Assembly (NCBI GenBank): GCA_951406725.2
Contig: OX597817.1
Span: 97,836,001-97,900,000 of the forward strand
DNA from: Octopus vulgaris
Lineage: Eukaryota
Length of the DNA: 64,000 nucleotides
Direction of reading: 5' to 3'
Positions 42,373 through 53,414 of this stretch are shown here, piece after piece. Below the pieces are notes generated by a model that worked only from the letters and a program-made list of their open reading frames with translations, did not search any database and was not told the DNA's origin. Position numbers and translations under genes: made by a program. Position 1 is the stretch's first letter. Each line of letters begins with the position of its first letter.

Positions 42373-45300
42373 TCATCATCATCGTTTAACATCCGTTTTC
42401 CGCCCCAGCACGGGTTGGACAGTTCGACCGGGGTCTGGGAAGCCAGGGGTTGCACCAGGCTCCAGGCTGATCTGACAGAGTTTCTACAGCTGGATGCCCT
42501 TCCTAACGCCAACCACTCCGCGAGTGTAGTGGGTGCTTTTTACGTGCCACTTGCACAGGTGCCAGGGGGGTCCGGCATCGGCCACGATCGGTTGGAGCTT
42601 TTAACGTGCCACCGGCACGGAAGCCAGCCAAGGCGGTGCTGGCAACAGCCACATTCGGATGGTGCTTTTTTATGTGCCACTGGCACTGAAGCCAGTCGAG
42701 GCAGCTCTGGCATCGGCCACGTTCGGACGGTGCTTTTTATGTGCCATCGGCACAGAAGCCAGTCAGGGCGTTGCTGGCATCGGCCACGTTCGGATGGTGC
42801 TTTTTATGTGCTACCGGCACAGAAGCCAGTCGAGGCGGCGCTGGCAACGGCCACGTACGGATGGTGCTTTTTATGTGCCACCGGCACAGGTATCACAACT
42901 ACTATTTCCATTGATATTTATTTCGATGTTTATGTTGATGTACTTGACTCAACAGGTCTCCTCAAGCACAGTGGGACGTTCTGGGATCCAGGGTACTTTG
43001 AATGGGCAGGGGCTATGCGGAACTGGTGCAGGAAGCAGCCCGGGTCTTTGCAGTCACAGCATATCTCCAGAGATCTCGGTCCTTCACCATTGCCTCAGTG
43101 AGGCCCAACGCTCTGAGGTCATGCTTGACTACCTCATCCCATGTCTTCCTGGTACCTTCAACTGTTTGGGAGTGGCACTTCTTCACACATCTCTCCTCAT
43201 CCATCCGCAGTACATGACCATACCATCGCAAGCGTCGCTCTTGCACACCACATCTGATGCTTCTTATGTCCAGCATTTCTCTCAGGGTGCTTACACTCTG
43301 TCATGCGTGCACACTGACATTACACATCCAGCGGATCATGCTAGCTTAATTTCTTTCAAGTCTACGCATGTCCTCTGCAGTCACAGCCCATGTTTCACTA
43401 CCGTGAAGCATGCCAGTTCGCACACATGCATCATACAATCTACCTTTCACTCTGAGCGAGAGACCCTTTGTCGCCAGTAGGGGTAGGAGCTTTCTGAACT
43501 TTGCCCAGGCTATTCGTATTCTAGTGGTGATACTCTCTGACTAACTTGGTCACCCAGGTAGTGGAAACTATCAACTACTTATAGTTTCTCCCCCTGGAGT
43601 GTGATGGAATCTGTTTTCTGAGTGTCTGTGGTGTCTATTGTCCCTGTGCATCTGCCGCACATGAGAGCTATCTTATCAGTTAATTTCCCTTTGATGTTGC
43701 TGCACCTCTTATGCATCCATAGCTTACATTGGGTGCATCTTATGGAGTTTCTACCTACACCTTTCCTACAGATTGAGCAGGGCCACCTGCCTGAGGGGGT
43801 GTGTGCTGAGTTCGCCTTTCTGCTTACTATAACTTTGGTCTTTGCTACATTTACTCTAAGGCCCTTTGATTCTAACCCTTGCTTCCACACCCGAAATTTC
43901 TTTTCTAGTTCCGGTAGTGATTCTGCTATGAGAGCCAGGTCATCAACATAGTGGAGCTCCCAGGGGCATCCTGTTTTGAATTCCTCTGTTATTGCCTGGA
44001 GGACTATGATGAATAAAAGGGGACTGAGGGCTGAGCCTTGGTGTACACCTACTTCTACCCGGAATTCTTCACTATATTCGTTGCCAATCCTAACCTTGCT
44101 GACAGCCTCTCTGTATAGAGCCTGTACAGCCCTTATTAGCCAATCGTCAATCTCCAGTTTCTGCATCGACCACCAGATAAGGGATCGGGGAACCCTGTCA
44201 AAGGCTTTCTCCAAGTCCACAAAAGCTATGTAGAGGGGTTTATCTTTAGCTAGGTACTTCTCCTGCAGTTGTCGGACCAGGAGTATAGCATCAGTGGTGC
44301 TTCTACCCGGCACAAAACCGAACTGCTTCTCATCTAAGCAAATTCTCCCCCTAATGAGATGGGTTATGACCCTCTCTGTGACCTTCATCTCCTGATCCTG
44401 TAGTTATTTCTATCTAGAGCATCACCCTTACCCTTGTAGCAGTTGACTATGGTGCTGCTACGCCAGTCATTGGGTATGACTCCATTATGAACTACCTGGC
44501 TTACAATGCGGGTGACTAGGCCATAGCCCACATAGCCAGCTGTTTTAAGCATCTCAGCAGTGATTCCTGGTTTCATGTCCTTAATTGCCTTAACTACAAG
44601 GGAGCTGTCTATTCGGATAGCTAGTCTCTCTACTGGGTCAACATTTGGCTGGCTCTCCTCCTCCCATTCATTCTCCTCATTCAGCAGTCTTTCGTAATGG
44701 CTTCACCAAGCCTCTTTCTTTTCACCAACATTAAAAGCAAGTGCCCCATCATCCATGCGGACACATTTCTCTCCTGCAACATCACTGTTTTCTCTCACAC
44801 ACTGTCTGGCAATCCGAAATACCTCAGCTCCTTGGTCCTCACGTCGCTGGACATTGGCAAACTTCTTCTTTTCTGCTACATCTTTGGCTATGTATACCTG
44901 CCGCCCAGCCTCCCTTTTGGCTACCTGGTACAGTTCCCTGCTACCCCCATCCCTCCAGGCTTTCCAGGCCTGTCTCTTTGCACTAATGGCTTTGTCTACT
45001 ACACTATTCCACCACCACGTAACTCTAGGTCTGGAAGGGACTTTGCACCATCCACAGACTTGGTCTGTGGCACTCAGCAAGCTGTCCCGTAGGAATTCCC
45101 AGCTACCTTCTATGTCCGACGTCTGAAGCTCCTCCTCCCTCTCATCAAATTTCTTGATGAGGATGTCCCTAAATCTCTGACCATGTGAAGGGTTCTTTAG
45201 CTTCCAAATCCTTCTTTTCTGGATTGGTTTGTTTCTTGGAGTCCTTCTGGCCTCAAGCTTAAAGTCACTTAAAGCCTATGCTGAGGGATACATTCTTCAC

Positions 45301-47300
45301 CCGGGAGGGTCTTTATATTTAAGAGCGACCCTGCATTCCGCTGTCTTGTGAGGATGAAGTCTATTTGTCTAGCGGAGTCTCCTGACTGATAGGTTATAAG
45401 GTGGCAGTCAGGCTTCCTGAAGTTAGTGTTGCAGATTACAAGGTTACATGCATCACAGAATTCCAGTAATCTAGTTCCCTTATCATTTCTGGTGCCAATA
45501 CCATGGCCACCGTGTACCCCAGTGAAGATACCCAATTCCCGCCCAACATGCCCATTAAAGTCTCCACCCACAAAGATGAGGTCCTTGCCACTAGTCTTTG
45601 AGGTAGCCTGTAGAAGGGTATCATAAAAGTGGTCCTTCTGATCATTTGGTAGTCCCGCTTGTGGGGCATAGGCGGAGATAATCATAGCTGTGCCACTCTG
45701 TAGGGCTAACCTGAGCTTAAGCACTCTATCGCAAACCCTGACAATCTCTATGATCTTATCCACCCATTTCTCCGCAAGGAGAATGCCTACACCCCCTACA
45801 CCATCCATGTTACCTTGCCAGAAGACTTTATACCTATGTGCCTTGCCTGTGAGGACCCTAGCTGAAGCACCTCTCCATCTTACCTCTTGTATGCAGCATG
45901 CATCAACCCGTCTTCTCTCAAGCATCTCTACAATCTCACTAGACCTGCCTTTCAATGTACCAACATTGACAGTGCCAACTCTGAAAACTGGGAAGGAGAT
46001 GTGGGGAGGAGGGGAGCAATTCAGCGCCTGAAAAGAAGAGGAGGGTTGTTGTGGTGGTGATCGTTTTTTAGGCATTTTTCATCTGATCTCTCTTCCAACC
46101 TGACAACATTCAAGCATTTAGGCATGTTAAGGTTGTGGCCCCTGTCGTAGGTAGGAGCTGGTGTTAGCAGCGTTGTAAGCATAAACACTAAGGTCATTGA
46201 TGATGTAGATGTAAGCTCTGTGGCAAAAATACTGAAATTCTAGGTGTTAGTAGCATTCTAAGCAAACATTATGGTCACTGAGTAACGTGGTTTAAGCAGC
46301 GTAGCAGAAACATGGATATTCTAGTGTTGGGTTGGGGGGCAGGTTCCAGCTGAGAAAAAATTTTTGGTTGCATTGCGGCGGGGAAGGGTTCCAGCAGAGA
46401 GAAGAGAGGGAGAGAGAGAGAAAGTGGGGGGTGCAGGTAATATAGGGGAGCACCAGTGGGGAGGGTTGGAGTAAGGAGAAACGATGACAGGTAGGGTTGG
46501 TGGCAGGTTCTAGACAGAATAAAACGTAGGATATCACGAATGGGGGAGGGGACTGGGAGGAGATAGCCGGTTGAGGCAGTGACAAATTTCAAAACAGGAG
46601 GAAACGTAAGATAACTGGTTAAGTGGGACGGTTGATGAGCTGCGGCGCTAGCTGCTTCTGTCTTGGGGGGGAGAGGCAGGGGTAATAAATAGTGCAAAAG
46701 CATATTGAGGAGGAGGGGTAGGAGGAATAGACACACGTAATGGTGGTGGGAGAGGGGATATCTGGTGTAGATGGTGTAAACAGAATATTCTCCAGTATTG
46801 GTGGTGGGCGTGGGAAAGGGCGGGCGCACCGCGAATGGCGAAGATTTGGATTGGGGACAGTAGTGAGAAGAATTAAGCAATTGAGGACAGTAATGGCGAA
46901 GATTTTGATTAGGGACGGTAAATGAACGAATTAACTTCGTACCGGGGGGGGGGGGGGTTTAAAAGAATTAAAGGATTATATTTCGTGGAGAAAAGAACAA
47001 GCAGATTAGCGAATAGATTCAAACATTTAAGCATTAGCGGCAAATGTATGTATGCAGTACGGGGATCGGAAGAAATGAAATGAGAATTCTTAGCTTGCTT
47101 TGGACATCGCTGTGGTCGAAGAAAGAATGAGTAGAAGAGGAGCACGAGGTAAAATTTAAATAGACTGACCGGAAGAAGTGAGTTGGAAAGACAGAAGTTT
47201 TGATTGAGAACAGTAATGGCGAAGATTTTGATTGGGGACGGTAAACGAACGAATTAACTTCATACCGGGGGGGGGAGGGGTTAAAAAAATTAAAGGATTA
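42373..47300 (-). mobile_element. Nearly full-length RTE LINE (5' UTR, APE, RT, PHD-like finger, 3' UTR, (GAT)n tail), disabled
   Basis: APE at 45269-46075 (GTVNVGTL, CCIQEVRW, GGDFNGHVG, IDFIL) and RT at 43579-44388 (YVDD). Several frameshifts and stops. Confidence 0.96.
42530..42890. repeat. ~67-bp tandem repeat (about 5 units) in the RTE 3' UTR
   Basis: CGGATGGTGCTTTTTATGTGCCACCGGCAC... recurs near 42657, 42724, 42791 and 42858. Confidence 0.9.
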
Positions 47301-47338
47301 TATATGCATTAAATATATACATGTACATATGTACGCAT

Positions 47339-47369
<31 letters not shown>

Positions 47370-47917
47370 ACGTATTATATATACAAATTATATATATATA
47401 TATGCGTATATATATATAAATACAGATATATACACTTTGTATATATATACATATTAATATATAGAACACACACATACACATATATAAATTAACCCAATAA
47501 ATATCTGATTCATAATATTTGTTCTCATGATTGTGTTGTGGTGGTGGTGATGATAATTCTTTCTATGAATGCAGACAGACGTAGAGAGAGAGAGGGGGTG
47601 TGTGGGAGAAATAGTGACAGCGAAGGCGGCGGGGGAAAGACAGTAGATGCTGTCAAACGACGTTATAGAGAGAATGTGAAAGGAAGGGAGGAAGACAGGC
47701 AGATGAGAGTAGACTTGTCAAAGTGTGCGTTTTTTTCCCTAGTAACCACACCTTTTAAGATAGGGATTTCTAACCTAGCCCACTCACATCCTCACCTCAT
47801 TTTACATATACTTGTAAATTTTGGAGTCAATCCGATGGGATCTGGTGCCCTTTAACCTGTTCTAATGCCAAAACCAGACAAACAAACTTTTTGCATTTCA
47901 GAATTATAATATAGAGA

Positions 47918-48776
47918 CTAGCTTAAGGTGACCCACTTTACGCGCGGGTGAGGTTGTGGTTGTTACTTTCTGTTGCTTCCTTTCTGTTTCTTATCGCCAC
48001 ATTCTCCCTCTTTGTTTCTCTCTCCTTTCTCTCTCACTTTCCCACTCTCTTACTCTTCATTTCTCTCGGACTTTCCCTAACTTTCTCTTACTCTCTATCT
48101 CTTTCCCATTTATAAACAACAAAAGATCTTGATTAAGTGGAGAAAGAAAATATTTTTACGCTTTTTAAACCCTTCGTCATTATTCTCATTCACTCATTAT
48201 TACTTGCTCCCTCCCTTTCACTTTCTCTCTATAACGTCGTATGATAGCGTCTACTATCTTTCCTCCACTGCCTTCGCCAGCGCTGTCACTCTCTCTTGCT
48301 CTCTATGTCTGTCTGCATTCATAGAGAGAATTATCATCGCCACCACCACACAATCATGAGAATCTTTCTCTCTATATATAGAGTGGGGGAGAGAGAAAGT
48401 AATAATAAGTGAATGAGAATAACGACGAAGGGTTTAAAAAGCGTAAAAATATTGAAGGCGGCGGAGGAAAGATAGTAGACGCTATCAAACGACGTTATAG
48501 AGAGAATGTGAAAGGAAGGGAGGAAAGAGAGAGAGATGGAGGAAGACAGACAGATAAAAAAATGAGAGTAGACTTGTCAAAGTGTGCGTTTTTCGCCCTA
48601 GTAACCATACCTTTTAAGATAGGAATTTCTAAGCTAGCTCACTGACATCCTCACCACATTTTACATGTCTCTGTAAATTTTGGAGTCAATCCGATGGGAT
48701 CTAGTGCCCTTTAACCCGTTCTAATGCCAAAACCAGACAAACAAACTTTTTGCATTTCAGAATTATAATATAGAGA
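47918..48776 (-). mobile_element. Non-autonomous Helitron copy B, head-to-tail with copy A
   Basis: 5' TC at 48776; 3' hairpin CCCGCGCGTAAAGTGGG followed by CTAG at 47918. Confidence 0.8.
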
Positions 48777-49434
48777 TTTACTCATGAAAATTCTAAACAC
48801 AAGGAAAAGGTTGACAATGACTTCAAAAATTTGGCTTGCTCACCTTCATCAGACTGCTTTACTTAGGTTCTTCTTGGCTTTAAATAGTCTTTGGCATTTT
48901 TCTTGGGTAGTTGAAGCTATGTGAGTGATAATTAAGTGTACAGAGGAAGCAGTAGTTATGTAAGAAGGGAAGATAAAGGCAGGAAGGAACAAAGTATGTG
49001 TTTGTAAGGAGTAGATTAACAGAAAGTTATGATGTGGAGATATATTTTGGTTTTATGCGGGAATTTTCTTATTGTATAAAGTTCATTCCAGTATGGAAGT
49101 AAAGGTGTCAAAGGTGCAGGTCACAATACTCTTTCTATAGAAAGTTGGTTTTGCTCTGTTACAGGGTTCATAAAAGAAAGCCTGTTAAATTAGCTGGTCA
49201 CACATCATAGGTCACACAGATATTGAATTGGTGCTGGTGATATTAAATTTCTAAGAAGAAATTTTAAACTGGGTGTATTGGGAAGATTAGGATTGAGAAG
49301 GCTATGTTACTAAAATAATTATCATTTGGGCTTTCTAGTCTCATTTTAGCATGGCTATTGTGTATAATGGCAGACATATGCATACACATAAGTTCATGAT
49401 GTTACTTTTACATCCATATGAATGTATGAAGATA

Positions 49435-50516
49435 TCTATATATATAAAACTCAACTTGTGTGTCTGTGTGTGTATCTGTGTGTGTGTCTGTGTGTTTAAC
49501 TTCCCGGCACATTTCCTCCTAGCCAAGAAATCGTAGAACCACAAAAATGGGTCACTTAAAGTCTAGGCGAATGAAAATTGAACTGCGCTATTTCTGTTCC
49601 GAAATTCATCTCGCAAGTGCAAAATTCGATAATGTGTTTGTTTAGGCCTTATCCCATGCATTGAATAGTGAACTTTACTCAGTCAGCTGTTTGACGTGAA
49701 CTGTGTTCACCATGCATGCAAGCATGCGTAAATTGCATGAAAAATAAAAGATCAAGATATAAAAACGAATTGCCGTAAACATTGTAGAAATTCGGCAAAG
49801 AAATGAATTTTCGGGATGTAGCCTGGAGGGTTTTTTCGTATTAATCGTTTGGACTTTGTGAACACATACCAATTGTTTTCATAACATTTTTAACGCTTTG
49901 AATTAAATGTGACCATTTTGCATTAAGTCTGCAGTTTGAATCACTTTAACCAAATTTTAGCAGGCCAGATTTTTGATCATCACGATACATCACCAGCAAC
50001 TCCCTGAAACTCTCCCCTGAAATCCCCGTTGAGAAATCTATATATATAAAACTCAACTTGTATGTCTGTGTGTGTATCTGTGTGTTTAACTTTTGGATCT
50101 ACCAAGTTTCATTATTAAGGATGGAAAGTAGTGTGTAGCAAATCTATATATATAAAGCTGAAGTTGTCTGTGTGTGGCAGGTTTGGTAACCTTCAACTAA
50201 CGCTATCTCCTTCAAGACCCTGCAGTGCAAGTTGACCAAAATTGAGAGTATTATAGAAGAAGGCTTGCTCTTCATTCTGTAGAAGATAAAATTCAAATCG
50301 GACCATGTTAACACCAAATATTATTTACATCAAAAAGGTGCTTTTTTTCTATGAAAATCCCTATTTTTTACGATTTTTGACTGCTGTGTCACCATTTTTC
50401 AGTGTATTTCAACTGGAAAAATGTTCACTTGAAGAGAATAACAAATTGCATAATGCAAAATTTTCCAATTCTAAAGGGTCAAAACAAACCCAAGCAACAC
50501 CGGGTGATACTGCTAG
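49435..50516 (+). mobile_element. Cluster of plus-strand Helitron-like elements (heads at 49435, 50037 and 50143; complete copy 50143-50516)
   Basis: A|TCTATATATATAAA heads followed by GTCT/GT repeats; 3' hairpin CCCAAGCAACACCGGG then CTAG|T. Confidence 0.75.
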
Positions 50517-51027
50517 TAGTTTTATATAGGTATATCTGTCTGTAAGAAGATATACACAATGAATAACAAAAATAGATATAGCAACATGTATGCATACTGA
50601 CACATAGCTGTATGTTTTTGTATAAAAACACACATGTATACTCATATCTGTGCTACAATTCATAAATAAAAAATACAAAAATATAACCCCATGGCTCTAT
50701 CTATCTATCTATTATTCTCTCTTTCTGTTTATATATATAATTACACACACACACACCTATGCATATCCATACTTACATATCTCAGCTCATTCATCTGCAA
50801 ACCCACTTCTGTTGTCAGGTACATATACACATATGTGCAAGTGTGTATGTGTACATAGATATATAATTTTTAATAGCAATTTGACTCAGCTCCTTATAAC
50901 TTAATGTTTTGTCTGCAAAACTTTTAGTCATATGGAACTGAGTCAAACTGTTATTAAAAATTATATGTAACTCCTGCTATATAAATATATATTATGCGAA
51001 ATGTGTAGTATTAAATATCCATCATTG

Positions 51028-51119
51028 TTGGTCATACCAATCAGTTTCACATAAAGAATACATAGGAGTGTTATGTAACAAACCGATTATATAACTTTAC
51101 GCTCATCAGAATTAGCCAA
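51028..51119 (-). ncRNA. Decayed type-I hammerhead motif
   Basis: CTGATGA-GCGTAAAG...CTTTATGT-GAAACTGATTGGTA. Stem III is a CpG-decayed form of the palindrome ACCGATCGGT. Confidence 0.6.
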
Positions 51120-51389
51120 TATGGAAGGGAATATAGTGACTGCTTTCTATTGTCTGAGGTGGATTAGTACAACCGGTCAGTGGCTCCTGTGAAGAAGGTG
51201 GTGAAATGTAAAAGAAGCTAGGGGATTAGTTTAAGAGTTATGTCCCTTGGTTGGGTATGCTGTGAAGTGAGCAAGTTATGTTGAAGTGGGGAAAGTGTGT
51301 ATTATAAATGTGGTGCTTCTGTGGGGATGAGGTGTGTGGTAAGTGTAGCAGTGTCATATATAATTTTTTCTGAGGGGTATAGGTATATA

Positions 51390-52472
51390 CAGTGTACCCC
51401 TCACTAATTTGCGGTTTGGCATTCGTGAAACTAATAATTGCAGAAACCACTGCCTATTTGTGGAATTGTAAATATCGTCTGCAATTTTTTATGGCTTTTT
51501 CCATGGCAATATATATTTTTTCACACTTTCTAAGGCTAAATTATTAATAACAATATACCATATTTGCCAGCTTACTAGATGCCCCTTTGCAGTTGAAGCT
51601 CCCTCTGATTAGAATAGCCGCATATCACATCGCTTGATTGTATCTCTTATTCCTGCTTTCAATCAAAGCTTGCTAATTAATATAGTGACATCTATCTATA
51701 TTTCACACATACACACTCTCTCTTGCTGTATTTGTCTCTCAACAAAAGCCTTTTGTTATAGTGAAAAAATATATATATATACAGTGTATCACATCAATAT
51801 TACTTGGACTATTGATGACAGATCAAAGATATATACAGTGATCCCTCGTTTATTGCGGTAGATTGGTTCCAAGACCAGCCACGATAACTGAATTTCCGCG
51901 AAGTAGGGACACCATATCTACAGTATTTATTTAACGTGTATTTGGACTGTTAAAATCATCCCTGTACTGTTAACAACCCACCCATTACAATAGTCTATTA
52001 ATAACAAGGGCAACTGTTAAGCAATAACACTTTAGATTTATAAAAAATAAAGATTCTTACTGTACTCAACACGAAAGAAGTTGATGTAAAATTTGAATGC
52101 GAATAGCGATGAATTTGCTGCACAGTAAAAATGCTGATGATGAAGTTGACGGCAGTGCCCTTTCCTGGGACACCTCTTCCACTTCTGAATGTGCAACCAT
52201 AGTAGTAGCAGCAGGAACTGGCTCTTTTTTGCAAGGCTGCAAAAGCATTGTGAAAGGAAGTTGCTGGTACTGCTTTTTCCATTCAAAGAGCATCTTGTAG
52301 GGATTCATGACTTCCTTGACCTTGTTGCAAAATTGCACAGAACGAATCATATCGTCGCCCCATTCCTGTGCCCCCTCTTTCAATTCTTTAGCTAGGTTGC
52401 AGAGCTTGGCTAGCCGTTCCAAAGTCAAGCCAGTTTAGTCGACAACTTCCGTTTTTTGCTGCATTTCTTCTT

Positions 52473-52503
<31 letters not shown>

Positions 52504-53075
52504 TTCTTATTCTTCTTCTTCTTCTTCTTCTTCTTCTTCTTCTTCTTCTTCTTCTTCTTCTTCTTCTTCTTCTTCTTCTTCTTCTCCTCCTCCTCCTCCT
52601 CCTCCTCCTCCTCTTTGCTGGCCGACTTCATCAAGTCTTCAAGGTCTGTGTCGGTTAACGGCTGGAAGTGGCAGTCTAATAATGCATCGATGTCTCCCAT
52701 GGTCATGTCTGCAAAGCTTTCTGTACTGCAGAGTGTTGGATTTCGGCAGGTGTAAGTCCCTTGTCGTCATAAATAATCTCGGGCCACAAATTTTTGAAGC
52801 TCGTGTTAATGGTGGTAGGCCTCATTTCTTGCAATGCCTTCTGCATATTTTGGAGGCACGTAGCAATTGTGTACTGCTGCCAGCATGCCTTCAAGTTAAA
52901 ATTTTCATTTTCGTCTTCTTGGGCAGCATCCATAGCAGCAACCAGGTTTGCCAGAACATATTTTTATGGATTTAATGAAAAATTTTAGGTGTTCATATAT
53001 ATATATATATTTTAAAAATCCACAAAGTCATGAATCTACGATAGCTGAACCACAAAGTAGCAACGAGACTGAATG
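51390..53075 (-). mobile_element. Tigger/pogo relic(s) with a transposase C-terminus on the minus strand
   Basis: TA-CAGTG termini at 51390 and 51836. Motifs NFNLKACWQQYTI, FKNLWPE, LLDCHFQPLTDTDL and KKQYQQLPFTML. Confidence 0.8.
52465..52612. repeat. (TTC)n followed by (TCC)n microsatellite
   Basis: About 40 TTC units then about 9 TCC units, inside the poly-Glu region of the Tigger relic. Confidence 0.98.
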
Positions 53076-53414
53076 TTAATTTTATACCAGCACTTTTTTA
53101 AAAATCATCGCTACATTTTATCATACACATTGTTTATTTCAACAGGATAATTTTTAAGGTCGTGAAATTAAGTTACTTGCTGGTCCCCCCTCTCTCTCTC
53201 TCTCTCTTTCTTTCTTATTATTATAGTATTGATTACTATATCTAGTGGTAATACAAACTAAATTTTTCAAAATCATGATTATTTTTAATCTCTGCTCAAT
53301 CTCCCGTTGGTGGTATGCACATATTAGACGAAAGGAAGATTTTGTAGGTTTTTTGGGGAAAAAACTGCATCCAGTAGCTACACCATGTAGCTACTGAATG
53401 CACACCATGGTGTA

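Larger units (their letters stand above)
41035..47917 (-). mobile_element. Non-autonomous Helitron copy A, apparently interrupted by a SINE and an RTE
   Basis: 3' hairpin and CTAG at 41035-41065; 5' TCTCTATATTATAA at 47917. Both ends match copy B. Confidence 0.7.

Noticed and set aside
42530-42890. CRISPR-like repeat array
   Set aside because: The whole unit repeats with no unique spacers, it lies in a LINE 3' UTR, and the context is eukaryotic with no cas genes.
42271-43480. 276-aa and 273-aa plus-strand ORFs
   Set aside because: They are antisense read-through of a SINE, the GC-rich tandem repeat and the RTE C-terminus.
48815-49330. Hammerhead plus Penelope C-terminal relic on the minus strand
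   Set aside because: CTGATGA is present but there is no intact GAAA/GUH, and the protein similarity is too faint to call by eye.
52425-52755. Poly-Lys and poly-Phe ORFs
   Set aside because: They are translations of a (TTC)n microsatellite inside a dead Tigger transposase.
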